Assembly: GCA_903927755.1 (NCBI GenBank)
Contig: CAIYOD010000164.1
Coordinates: 742-64,741 of the forward strand
Source of the DNA: an uncultured Thermoleophilia bacterium
GTDB lineage: Bacteria > Actinomycetota > Thermoleophilia > UBA2241
DNA length: 64,000 bases
Direction of reading: 5' to 3'
A program made the translations under genes and the position numbers. Every line of letters starts with the position of its first letter. Positions within the stretch are counted from its first letter, which is position 1. Positions 36,063-44,810 of the stretch are shown here, piece after piece. The notes under the pieces are model-generated. The model worked only from the letters and a program-made list of their open reading frames with translations, was not told the DNA's origin and made no database searches.

Positions 36063-36475
36063 TGCCGACCCGCATTCTCGTCGACGCGAACGTGATCCTC
36101 GACGTGCTCACGCCCGGCTCCCCCTGGGAGGCGTGGTCCGGCGACGCCATCATGGCCTGTTCAGATCACGCGCGTCTCGTCATCGACCCCATCATCTACG
36201 CAGAGGTCTCTGTCGGCTACACCACGATGGCGGGGATCGACCTGCCGTTGTCGGACGACCTCTTCGCGCGCGAACCGCTCCCCTGGCGCGCCGCCTTCCT
36301 CGCGGGCAAGGCGTTCGAGCAGTACCGGCGGCGCGGCGGCGCGCGGCGCTCACCGCTCCCCGACTTCTACATCGGCGCACACGCAGCGGTGACCGGCATG
36401 CCGCTGCTGACTCGCGACGCGGCGCGGTATCGCACCTACTTCCCCACCGTGGAGCTGATCGCGCCGGACGCCTGA
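36062..36475 (+). CDS. vapC: PIN-domain toxin (VapC family)
   Basis: ILVDANVILDVL (first acidic residue) and LLTRDAARY (distal Asp); 137 aa. Confidence 0.8.
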   Translation: MPTRILVDANVILDVLTPGSPWEAWSGDAIMACSDHARLVIDPIIYAEVSVGYTTMAGIDLPLSDDLFAREPLPWRAAFLAGKAFEQYRRRGGARRSPLPDFYIGAHAAVTGMPLLTRDAARYRTYFPTVELIAPDA

Positions 36476-36517
36476 GACGGGACCGGTCCGAAGGCCCCTC
36501 AAGCTGGCGTCGGTGCG

Positions 36518-37564
36518 TCAGTCGGCGACGTCCCCGGCGGAGGCGTCGGAGGCCGATTCGTAGCCGTCGGCGGACCCGAAGATCGCGCGTGCGAAGATGT
36601 CCGGCTCGAATGGCCGCAGATCTTCGAGCTGTTCCCCCACGCCGATGAGCTTGATGGGGATGCCGAGAGTCTCATGGATGGCGACGACGATGCCGCCCTT
36701 GGCGGTGCCGTCGAGCTTGGTGAGCACCACACCGCTGATGTCCACGGCCTGCTTGAACTCCTGCGCTTGGCGCAGGCCGTTCTGCCCCGTCGTCGCGTCC
36801 AGGACCAGCAGCGTCTCGTGGGGCGCGCCGGGCAACTGCTTCTCGATGACCCGGCGCACCTTCTCGAGCTCGCGCATCAGGTTGACCTGCGTGTGCAGGC
36901 GGCCGGCCGTGTCGACGAGGACGACGTCGGCGCCGCGCGAGCGCGCCGCGGCCACGCCGTCGAACACCACGGCCGCCGGGTCGGCGTCCGCCGCCTGCTT
37001 GACGATGTCGCAGCCGACGCGGTCGGCCCACTGGCTGAGCTGCTCGACGGCGGCGGCGCGGAACGTGTCGCCGGCGACCATGAGCGGCGTCTTCCCCATC
37101 TCCTTGAGGCGCCAGGCGATCTTGCCGATCGTCGTCGTCTTGCCGGTGCCGTTGACGCCGACCATGAGGATCACGGTGGGCTGCTCAGTGACGTCGATGC
37201 GCTGGCGCTCCGGATCGTCCGGCTGCAACAGCTCGGCGACCACGTCCGCCAGCTCGTTCTGGAACGGCTCCTGGGTCTCGATCTTCTTGGCCGTGCAGCG
37301 CTGCTCGAGCTCGTCGACGATCTTGATGGTGCCGTCGACGCCCACGTCGGCGGCGATCAGCATCTCCTCGGTCTGCTCGTAGAGCCTGCGGTCGACGCCC
37401 ACATAGACGGCGCTCTTGAGCGCGTCCGAGACGGCGCCGCGGGCCTTGCCCAGGTTGCGGCGCAGGCGGCCGAAGAGGCCCCTGCGCTCCTGCGCTTCTT
37501 CTTCCAGCACCTCCGCGGACACCGCGGACGCGTCGACGCCCTTGAACACCTCGTGCCACTCCAC
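36518..37564 (-). CDS. ftsY: Signal recognition particle receptor FtsY
   Basis: ILMVGVNGTGKTTTIGKIA, DTAGRLH and VVLTKLDGTAKGG. Confidence 0.9.
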   Translation of the reverse strand: MEWHEVFKGVDASAVSAEVLEEEAQERRGLFGRLRRNLGKARGAVSDALKSAVYVGVDRRLYEQTEEMLIAADVGVDGTIKIVDELEQRCTAKKIETQEPFQNELADVVAELLQPDDPERQRIDVTEQPTVILMVGVNGTGKTTTIGKIAWRLKEMGKTPLMVAGDTFRAAAVEQLSQWADRVGCDIVKQAADADPAAVVFDGVAAARSRGADVVLVDTAGRLHTQVNLMRELEKVRRVIEKQLPGAPHETLLVLDATTGQNGLRQAQEFKQAVDISGVVLTKLDGTAKGGIVVAIHETLGIPIKLIGVGEQLEDLRPFEPDIFARAIFGSADGYESASDASAGDVAD

Positions 37565-37610
37565 GCCTGTCAGTCTCCAGTCAGCGGCCGCCGCACGGCG
37601 GCCGGTCGGT

Positions 37611-40600
37611 TCAGGTCGACGGCGCGCCCGGCTGCTTCGCCCTGGCGCGCTCCTCGCGCTCGATCTCCTCTTCGGCCATACGGGCGCTCACGACCTGCGA
37701 TGCCCCGTCCTGCCCCATCGTCACACCGTAGAGCACGTCGGCCGCCTCCATGGTGCGCTTCTGGTGCGTGATCATCACGAACTGGGTGCGCTCGCGGTAG
37801 TCGCGAAGCAACTGCACCAGGCGGCCGATGTTGACGTCGTCCAGCGCCGCCTCGATCTCGTCCAGGATGTAGAAGGGACACGGCCGCGCGAGCACGAGCG
37901 CCATGAGGAAGGCGATCGCCACGAGCGCGCGCTCTCCGCCGGAGAGCAGCTGCAGCCGCTTGCCGAGCTTCTTGGCGGGCTTGACCTCCACGGCGACCCC
38001 GCCCTGGGGGTGGTCCTCGTCAGGCTCGACCAGCCTGAGGCTGCCGCGGCCGCCGGGGAACAGCACCGTCACCATGTGGCTGAACTGCTCCTGGACGGCG
38101 TCGAACGTGGCCGCGAACTCCGCGTCCACCTGAGCCGTGAGCTCCTTGATGAGCGCCTCGAGGTCGTCGATGGACTTCTCGAGATCGCGACGCTGCTCGC
38201 GGAGGAAGGAAGCGCGCTCCGAGAGCTCCGCGCACTCGGCCTCCGCGAGCGGGTTCACCGGGCCGATACGCTCGCGGCGCCGCGAGAGCCTCTCGACGCG
38301 CTCCCTCAGCGTCACCCGCTCGGCCTCATCCGTCGGCGCCGCGAACCCCGCCTGGTCGAGCTGCTCGCTCACCTCGTCGAGGCTGGCGGCGAGCTCCGCG
38401 CGCCGGTCCTCGAGGCGGGCCAGCGCCACCTGGATCACCGTGCGGCGCTCACCGGCCGCCTCGAGCTCGCGGCGCAACTGCGACTCCTCGTCCGCGAGCC
38501 GGCGCAGCTCGCCGCGTTCGAGACCGCCGCCGTCCTCGTCGCCCACGTCGAGCTGCGCGATGAGGCGCGTGGAGTGCGCGCGCAGGGCGCCGGTACGCGC
38601 CTCCACCGCGGTGCAGGCGGCGCGCACCTCGGGAAGGTCGGCCAGCCGGCGCTCGAGCTCCTTGAGCCGCTCGCGATCGGCCACGGCGCGGCGACGTGCG
38701 GCCTCGCGGCGCTCCGCCGCGCGCTCGGCAGAGGCGCGCCGCTCTTCGAGCTCGACGCGGCGCCGCGTGACCATCGCGAGGGACGTCGAGTGGACTCCCT
38801 CCGCGCGGTGCAGGGCCGTCTCCGCGTCGTCGGCGGCGGGCCTGAGCTGTTCGATCTGCAGCAGCGCGTTCGCCGCCGCGGCGTCTGCGGTCTCTTTGCC
38901 GGCGGCGGCCTCGGCGAGCTCGGCCGCGATCCCCTCGACGGCGCGACGGTCGCGCTGCAGATGCTCCTCGAGGTCGCGACGCCGGGAGCGGAGCTGGCTG
39001 AGGGCACGCTCGGCGGTCTCCGCGGCGATGCGTGCCTCCCGCTCCGCCGCTGCCGCCGCGTCCGCAGCCTCGCGCGCCGCGGCATGCCGCCCGGCGGCCA
39101 GCGTGACCGACGCCTCCTCGCGCAGCTCGCGCGCCGAGACGCCGTCGCTCTTCTCGCAGACGCGCTCGAGCGACGCGCGCCGCTCGAGCAGCAAGGCCGC
39201 CGGGACACCGCTGGCCAAGCCGATCTGCCCGTCGGCCGGGCGGTAATACTCGCCTTCCCGGGTGACCGCCAACCCGGTGAACTCGGCGGGCACGGCGCGC
39301 AGGTCGTCGACGATCACGACATCGGCGAGCGCGCCCTCGAGCCCCTCGTGCTCGCCGAAGCTGACCTTGTCCGCCAGCGGCGCCGCTCCCGGAAAGGCCA
39401 CCGAGGGCCGTCGGCGAGCAGGGACGATGAGACGAACGAGCCCGATCCCGGCCTTCTTGAGCGCGTCGAGCAACGACCACTGGTCGACCCCACCCGGCAC
39501 CGCGAGCGCGCCCGAGAGCTGCGCCAGCGCGGCGGCGAGGGCGCGCTCGTAGCCGGGCTCGCAGGAGACGCTGCCGGCGAGCGACACCGTGCCGGGGAAC
39601 TCGCCGGCCACGTCCAGGATCTCCCCGCCCACGTCCTCCATGTCGAGGAGCGCGGCGCGCAAGTGATCGGCCTCGGCGTCGAGAGCGCGCCGCTCGACGA
39701 GCGTCGCGCGGTGTGCGTCCTCGGCCTCTGTGACTTCGCGCGCCGCGTCGACCACGGCGGCCGCGTCTGCGGAGGCGGCGGTCTCGGCGGCGCGCAGAGC
39801 CTCGCGCGCCGCCGCCTCGGCGGCCACGGCGGCGATCTCTTCGCCGGCTTTGCCGGCGACCTCGGCGTCGAGCGCCTCGTGCTGCCTGGTGAGGCGCTCC
39901 TGCTCGCCGGTGAGCGCCTCCCTGCGACGCTCGAGCCTGGCTGCCGTGGCCAGCGCGCTCTCGCGCTCCACGGCCAGGCGGTCGAGCGCCAGGCGGCGCT
40001 CGCTCATCGCCTGCCGCGCGGCCTCCAGCTCCGCGGAGACGCGTGCGTGCTCCGCCTCGGCCGCCTCGAAGTCGTCCGTCAGGCGGCGCTCCTCCTGCGG
40101 CCACGTGTCGTCGTCGCGCTCTTCCGGACGTCCGGCGAGCTCCGAGACGAGGCGCTCGCGCTCGGCCGACGCCGCCCGCTCGACCTCGTCCAGGAGGAGC
40201 CGGCGCTGCTCGGCGAGTCGGCGCACGCTCTCGAGCCGCCCGTCCAGCACACGCGCGCGCAGCAGTCGCCGCGCGCTCCGCTCGCGTTCGGCAAGCTTCC
40301 GGGCGAACGTCTCCTCTTCGCGGGCGCGGGCGGCCGCGACCTTGCCCAGTCCGTCTTCGTACCTCGCCCGGTCCCCGTCGACCGCCTTGAGCTCGTCGCG
40401 ACGCCCGGCGAGCTCAACGTCCAGGGCCGTGACGTCGCCGGTGAGCAGCCGCCCCCTGGTCTCCGCGATCTCGCTCTCGACCGTGCGGAGCTGCTCGGCC
40501 GCCGTCGCCTGCCGGCGCAGCGGGGCGAGCTGCGAGCCGACCTCGCGCTCGAGCAGCAGCGCTCGTTCCAGGTTGCGCCGCACCTCCCGGAGTTTCAGCC

Positions 40601-41132
40601 CAGCGCGCTCGCGGCGGCGCTTGTACGCACCGAGCCCGGCGGCCTCCTCGATCTGGCTGCGCCGGTCCTCAGGCTTCCCGGCCAGGAACGATTCGACCTT
40701 GCCCTGGCCGATGATGGAGTGCAGTTCCTTGCCTAGACCGACCTGGGCCAGCAACTCGACGATGTCGGTGAGCCGGCACGTCGACTGGTTGATGGAGTAG
40801 TGCGAGGAGCCGTCGCGCGCCACGCGGCGCATCACGCTGACCTCAGGCGTGGGCAGGGGCAGCGCTCCGTCTTCGTTGTCGAAGGTGAGCTCCACCTCGG
40901 CAGATCCGCTGGCGCGACGGCCGTCGCTGCCGGCGAAGATCACGTCCTGCATGGAAGAGCCGCGGATGGTGGTGGGGCTCTGCTCGCCGAGCGCCCAGAT
41001 GACGGCGTCGGCGAGATTGCTCTTGCCGCTGCCGTTGGGACCGATGATCACGCCGACGCCGGGCTCGAAGAGCAGCTCGGTCTGTTTGGGGAACGACTTG
41101 AAGCCTTTGAGGCGAAGCGCCTTGAGATACAC
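37611..41132 (-). CDS. smc: Chromosome segregation protein SMC
   Basis: VYLKALRLKGFKSFP..IIGPNGSGKSNLADA at the N-terminus, LSGGERALVAIAF..YILDEIEAALD at the C-terminus, and long coiled coils. Likely start is GTG 41132, 1 nt after the rnc stop; the track extends to 41405. Confidence 0.9.
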   Translation of the reverse strand: MYLKALRLKGFKSFPKQTELLFEPGVGVIIGPNGSGKSNLADAVIWALGEQSPTTIRGSSMQDVIFAGSDGRRASGSAEVELTFDNEDGALPLPTPEVSVMRRVARDGSSHYSINQSTCRLTDIVELLAQVGLGKELHSIIGQGKVESFLAGKPEDRRSQIEEAAGLGAYKRRRERAGLKLREVRRNLERALLLEREVGSQLAPLRRQATAAEQLRTVESEIAETRGRLLTGDVTALDVELAGRRDELKAVDGDRARYEDGLGKVAAARAREEETFARKLAERERSARRLLRARVLDGRLESVRRLAEQRRLLLDEVERAASAERERLVSELAGRPEERDDDTWPQEERRLTDDFEAAEAEHARVSAELEAARQAMSERRLALDRLAVERESALATAARLERRREALTGEQERLTRQHEALDAEVAGKAGEEIAAVAAEAAAREALRAAETAASADAAAVVDAAREVTEAEDAHRATLVERRALDAEADHLRAALLDMEDVGGEILDVAGEFPGTVSLAGSVSCEPGYERALAAALAQLSGALAVPGGVDQWSLLDALKKAGIGLVRLIVPARRRPSVAFPGAAPLADKVSFGEHEGLEGALADVVIVDDLRAVPAEFTGLAVTREGEYYRPADGQIGLASGVPAALLLERRASLERVCEKSDGVSARELREEASVTLAAGRHAAAREAADAAAAAEREARIAAETAERALSQLRSRRRDLEEHLQRDRRAVEGIAAELAEAAAGKETADAAAANALLQIEQLRPAADDAETALHRAEGVHSTSLAMVTRRRVELEERRASAERAAERREAARRRAVADRERLKELERRLADLPEVRAACTAVEARTGALRAHSTRLIAQLDVGDEDGGGLERGELRRLADEESQLRRELEAAGERRTVIQVALARLEDRRAELAASLDEVSEQLDQAGFAAPTDEAERVTLRERVERLSRRRERIGPVNPLAEAECAELSERASFLREQRRDLEKSIDDLEALIKELTAQVDAEFAATFDAVQEQFSHMVTVLFPGGRGSLRLVEPDEDHPQGGVAVEVKPAKKLGKRLQLLSGGERALVAIAFLMALVLARPCPFYILDEIEAALDDVNIGRLVQLLRDYRERTQFVMITHQKRTMEAADVLYGVTMGQDGASQVVSARMAEEEIEREERARAKQPGAPST

Positions 41133-41133
41133 C

Positions 41134-41979
41134 TCAGCCGACCCCGCCGACCCCGGTGTCGCCCGGCTCGCCGCCGGCGTCCGGGCCGGGGACATCGACG
41201 TCGACGGGCACGGCCGGCGCGGTCTCGTCCGAGCCGGCTCCCGCTTCCAATTCCGGCTTGCGCGACCGGCTGCCCCGGAGACGCGCCCTGCGGGCGCTCC
41301 GCCGGGCCTTGGACTGCAGCTCGTGCAGCGCCTCGGCCGCGGCCTCCTGCTCGGCGCGCTTCTTGCTGGTGCCGAACCCGCGACCCAGCGACTCCCCCTC
41401 GACAACGGCGTCGATCTCGAACTCGCGGTTGTGAGGCGGCCCGCTGAAGCCGAGGACCTTGTACGCCACCGACTGGCCGCTGCGCGCCAGGTGCTCCTGC
41501 AGCTCGGTCTTGTGGTCGATGTAGCTGCCCTCGGCGAACACGATGTGCTCGTCGAAGACCTCGATCACCGCCGGACGCACGGCCTCGTAACCGAAGGTGA
41601 GGTACACGGCGCCGATGAGCGACTCCGTGAGGTCGGCGAGGACGTTCTGGTTGCTCTGCAGCTGCGCGGCGTCGCCGCCCTCCGACCCCTGGTCGGCGTA
41701 GTGGCGCAGCAGCTTGCCGAGGCCGAGCTTGGCGGCCACGCGGGAGCAGGTGGCGCGGCTGACGATGTAGGCCCGCAGACGGGCGAGGTGCCCTTCGGCG
41801 AAGTCGGGAAAGCGCCGGTACAGCTCGGTGGTGATGCAGAGGCTCAGGACGCTGTCACCGAGGAACTCGAGCCGCTCGTAGGACTGCACCCTGTCCGGCG
41901 CCCACGAGGTGTGCGTGAACACCTGGCGCAGGGTCGCCTGGTCAAGCTGCTGTGCGAGCGTGAGAAGTCGCTGTGTCAA
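41134..41979 (-). CDS. rnc: Ribonuclease III with a roughly 55-aa Arg-rich/acidic C-terminal extension
   Basis: FTHTSW..YERLEFLGDSVL catalytic signature, plus a dsRBD. TTG start preceded by GGAG. Confidence 0.9.
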   Translation of the reverse strand: MTQRLLTLAQQLDQATLRQVFTHTSWAPDRVQSYERLEFLGDSVLSLCITTELYRRFPDFAEGHLARLRAYIVSRATCSRVAAKLGLGKLLRHYADQGSEGGDAAQLQSNQNVLADLTESLIGAVYLTFGYEAVRPAVIEVFDEHIVFAEGSYIDHKTELQEHLARSGQSVAYKVLGFSGPPHNREFEIDAVVEGESLGRGFGTSKKRAEQEAAAEALHELQSKARRSARRARLRGSRSRKPELEAGAGSDETAPAVPVDVDVPGPDAGGEPGDTGVGGVG

Positions 41980-41994
41980 CGTGCGTACTCCAAC

Positions 41995-42043
41995 GACGAC
42001 GAGGGGACGCCTCCTGTCATGCAGGAGACACCCCCTCGTCGTC
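41995..42043 (-). promoter_or_regulatory. Long hairpin between acpP and rnc (acpP terminator and/or RNase III processing site)
   Basis: GACGACGAGGGG (41995-42006) pairs perfectly with CCCCTCGTCGTC (42032-42043). An inner CTCCTG/CAGGAG stem with a 5-nt loop gives about 18 bp paired over a roughly 22-bp helical span. The 3' arm abuts the rnc SD. No U-tract. Confidence 0.5.
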
Positions 42044-42063
42044 CCCCGAAGGGATCGGCGCGG

Positions 42064-42309
42064 TTAGGCGTCCACCCGCGTCATGACGAAGTCGACCGCG
42101 TCGCCGACGGTCTTGATGTCGGCGGCCTCTTCGTCGGTGATCTTGATGCCGAACTTCTCTTCCATGGTCATGACGAGCTCGACCAGGTCGAGGGAATCGG
42201 TCTCGAGGTCCTCCTGGAAACGCGCATCCATGGTGACCTTGTCTTCGTCGACGCTCAGGGTCTCGACGAGGATCCCCTTCACGTGCTCGAACACCTCTTC
42301 ACGGGTCAT
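42064..42309 (-). CDS. acpP: Acyl carrier protein
   Basis: FQEDLETDSLDLVELVMTMEEKFG (DSL phosphopantetheine site). True start is ATG 42309. Confidence 0.9.
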   Translation of the reverse strand: MTREEVFEHVKGILVETLSVDEDKVTMDARFQEDLETDSLDLVELVMTMEEKFGIKITDEEAADIKTVGDAVDFVMTRVDA

Positions 42310-42340
42310 GCAGTGAACCTCCGGGCGAGTTTGAGAGAGT

Positions 42341-43417
42341 CTACACCGAGCCGGTCTTCGTCCCAAGCTCCCGCGCGATCGTCGGGAGCAGGTCGCTGAC
42401 GGCGCCGCGCCGGCCCATGCGGACCGCCTGCGCGATGCCGCGCGCTTTGGAGTTGCCGTGGGCGATCACGACCGGCGCGTTCATGCCGACGAGCAGCGCG
42501 CCCCCGAACTCCTCCGGATTGAGCGCGTCCTTGAGGATCTGCAGGTCCTTCTGCAGCAACAGCCCGCCCAGCTTGGTCTTGGCGCTCCACATGATCGTGG
42601 CCTTGAGCGCCCCGAGGATGGCCTTGGCGGAACCCTCGATGGTCTTGAGGCCCACGTTGCCGGTGAACCCGTCGGTGACGATGACGTCGACCAGGCGGTT
42701 CATGATGTCGCGGCCCTCGATGTTGCCGTAGAAGTGGGCGATGCGCTGGTCGTTCGCGATGAGTTGATGCGCTTCGATGACGTCGGGCGTGCCCTTGGTG
42801 GGCTCCTCGCCGATGCTGAGCAGGCCGATGGTCGGCTCCGGGATGCTCATGACCTCACGAGCGAACGCCTGGCCCATGATCGCGAACTGGCGCAGGAACT
42901 CGGCCCTGACCTCGGCGTTGGCGCCGACGTCGAGGAAGGCGACCGGCGCGGGCATGGCCGGCATGATCGTACAGATGGCCGGCCGCTTCACGCCGGGAAT
43001 GCGGCGCACGTAGAGCACACTCGCCGCGACCACGGCGCCGGTGTTGCCGGCGCTCACGAAGGCGTCGGCTTCGCCGGCGTGCACCAGCTTGAGGCCGATG
43101 ACGATGCTGGAGCCGGTCTTGGCGCGCGCGGCCGTCGCAGGCTCCTCGTTGTAGCCGATCACGTCGGGGGCGTGCACGACGCGGACGTACTGCACGCCCT
43201 GGGGCAGCAGCGCGCGGATGCGCGGCTCGTCGCCGACGAGGATGACGTGGAGCTGCGGGCCGACGGCGTCGAGCGCGCCGCGGACGATCTCGTCCGGCGC
43301 GTTGTCCCCGCCGGCGGCGTCGACCACCACGCGCACGACGCGGTCGTCGGCGATGGCGCTCCACGCATCGGTCACCCAGTGGGGTGACGTATACGGACGG
43401 CCCCGGTCGCCTCTCAT
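42341..43417 (-). CDS. plsX: Phosphate acyltransferase PlsX
   Basis: [16 protein letters not shown] and VTDGFTGNVGLKTIEG. The ATG 43417 start overlaps the upstream stop (ATGA); an internal GTG near 43350 is an alternative. Confidence 0.85.
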   Translation of the reverse strand: MRGDRGRPYTSPHWVTDAWSAIADDRVVRVVVDAAGGDNAPDEIVRGALDAVGPQLHVILVGDEPRIRALLPQGVQYVRVVHAPDVIGYNEEPATAARAKTGSSIVIGLKLVHAGEADAFVSAGNTGAVVAASVLYVRRIPGVKRPAICTIMPAMPAPVAFLDVGANAEVRAEFLRQFAIMGQAFAREVMSIPEPTIGLLSIGEEPTKGTPDVIEAHQLIANDQRIAHFYGNIEGRDIMNRLVDVIVTDGFTGNVGLKTIEGSAKAILGALKATIMWSAKTKLGGLLLQKDLQILKDALNPEEFGGALLVGMNAPVVIAHGNSKARGIAQAVRMGRRGAVSDLLPTIARELGTKTGSV

Positions 43418-44478
43418 ACCTGCAAGTCGCTCACCAGGCGGTCGAGGTCGACAGACTCGTCGATGAGCCTGGCGATGAGCTCGATCTTGCTACGCTCCTT
43501 GACGCGCAGGCGGCCGAAGAGGCGGCGCATGCCGTCCGCGGCGGAGACGGTGTCGGTCTCGACCGACACGAGCGGCACGCCGCGCTCCTCCGCCCGCTCG
43601 AGAACGGCGGGGCTCGGGACGTAGTTGCCGGTGAGCACCACGGCCACGGTGGGCGTGTCGAGCGCGGCGAGCACGATCTCGGCGCGGTCGCCGCCCACGA
43701 TGACGACCTTGTTCGGCGTGAGCTGGAAGTACCTGAGCGCGTGCTCGGAGCTCATCGCGCCGATCATGTAGGTCTCGGCGAGGCGCTCGCCGTAGCGCTC
43801 GCCCGTGACAAAGGTGCCGCCGAGCGCCTCGACGATCTCGGAGACGGAGACGGCCGAGAGCATCGCGCTCGAGACGAGCGCCCCGTAGCTCTCGACGTCG
43901 TTCTTGGCGAGGAAGCGCGTGTACTCGTCCCGCACGAGCGAGAGACGGGACTCGGGCACCATGTTGAAGAGGACGCCCAGGAGGTGCTGCTTGAGGGCGT
44001 CCTTGACGTAGATGATGTCGTCGAGCAGGCGGGCCCCTGCGAACTTGGCGACGAGCAGCGTGCCGAGGTCGAGCTCGGCCACCACCTCGGCGCCGCTGGT
44101 GCGCAGGAACCGCCCCTGCCAGATCTCACCGAGGCCCTCGCAGACGACGACGTCGCGCCCGGCGCGGATGCGCTCGTAGGCGGTCTTGACCCGAGCCATG
44201 GCGTCGACCTCGGTGCCGCTCAGGACGTCGTGCAGCGCGTCTTCGTCGAGGACGACCGGGCAGATGTCGGTGAGGTCGTCCTCGAGTTCCAGCAGTTCGG
44301 CGACGAACTCGGCGTCCTCATCGAGCAGCACGCCGTCGGCGTGCGCCGCCAGCGTGCCCACGGGCTTGAAGTAGCCTGCGTCGAGGCCCCGCTCGCGCAG
44401 GGCCATGCAGAGGCCGACGGCGATGGTGGTCTTGCCGCCGCTGCCTTGGGTGGAGGCGATGTAGAGCGATCGCAGCAT
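43414..44478 (-). CDS. Standalone BioD-like P-loop + DRTGG-domain protein, homologous to the N-terminal regulatory half of phosphotransacetylase
   Basis: LYIASTQGSGGKTTIAVGLCMALRERGLDAGYFKPVG, VVVCEGLG, VVIVGGDRAEIVLAAL, AVVLTGNY and GVPLVSVETDT line up with the E. coli Pta N-terminal region as recalled from memory. Confidence 0.65.
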   Translation of the reverse strand: MLRSLYIASTQGSGGKTTIAVGLCMALRERGLDAGYFKPVGTLAAHADGVLLDEDAEFVAELLELEDDLTDICPVVLDEDALHDVLSGTEVDAMARVKTAYERIRAGRDVVVCEGLGEIWQGRFLRTSGAEVVAELDLGTLLVAKFAGARLLDDIIYVKDALKQHLLGVLFNMVPESRLSLVRDEYTRFLAKNDVESYGALVSSAMLSAVSVSEIVEALGGTFVTGERYGERLAETYMIGAMSSEHALRYFQLTPNKVVIVGGDRAEIVLAALDTPTVAVVLTGNYVPSPAVLERAEERGVPLVSVETDTVSAADGMRRLFGRLRVKERSKIELIARLIDESVDLDRLVSDLQV

Positions 44479-44535
44479 CGCTCAGCCCTGCCGGGCCCTA
44501 CTCCGTCCGCCGCGGGGCCCATCGGGCCAGCGGCC

Positions 44536-44580
44536 GCTCAATAGCGCTCCGTCCACTCCGTGGCACTACGAGCATTAGTC
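44536..44580 (-). other. Conserved intergenic motif, copy A
   Basis: Plus strand reads GCTCAATAG-CG-CTCCGT-N19-GCATTAGTC. Same blocks, order and spacing as at 63657-63700. Confidence 0.6.
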
Positions 44581-44757
44581 AGCTTCGAGGACGATGACCT
44601 CGCGGCCCTTGTAGGTGCCGCACTTGGGGCAGGCGCGATGCGGGAGCTTGGGGCTCTTGCACTGCGGGCAGACGCTCGCGGTCTCGACGACGAGCTTCTG
44701 CTGCGACCGACGCTGGTCGCGGCGCCGCTGAGAGGTCTTCTTCTTGGGTACGGGCAT
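44575..44757 (-). CDS. rpmF: 50S ribosomal protein L32 (zinc-ribbon form)
   Basis: MPVPKKKTSQRRRDQRR..CPQCKSPKLPHRACPKCG. Confidence 0.9.
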   Translation of the reverse strand: MPVPKKKTSQRRRDQRRSQQKLVVETASVCPQCKSPKLPHRACPKCGTYKGREVIVLEAD

Positions 44758-44810
44758 TGTTGCTTCTCCTCAGGTCAAACAGACATGGCACTGTACCACA
44801 CGGCCGCCAT

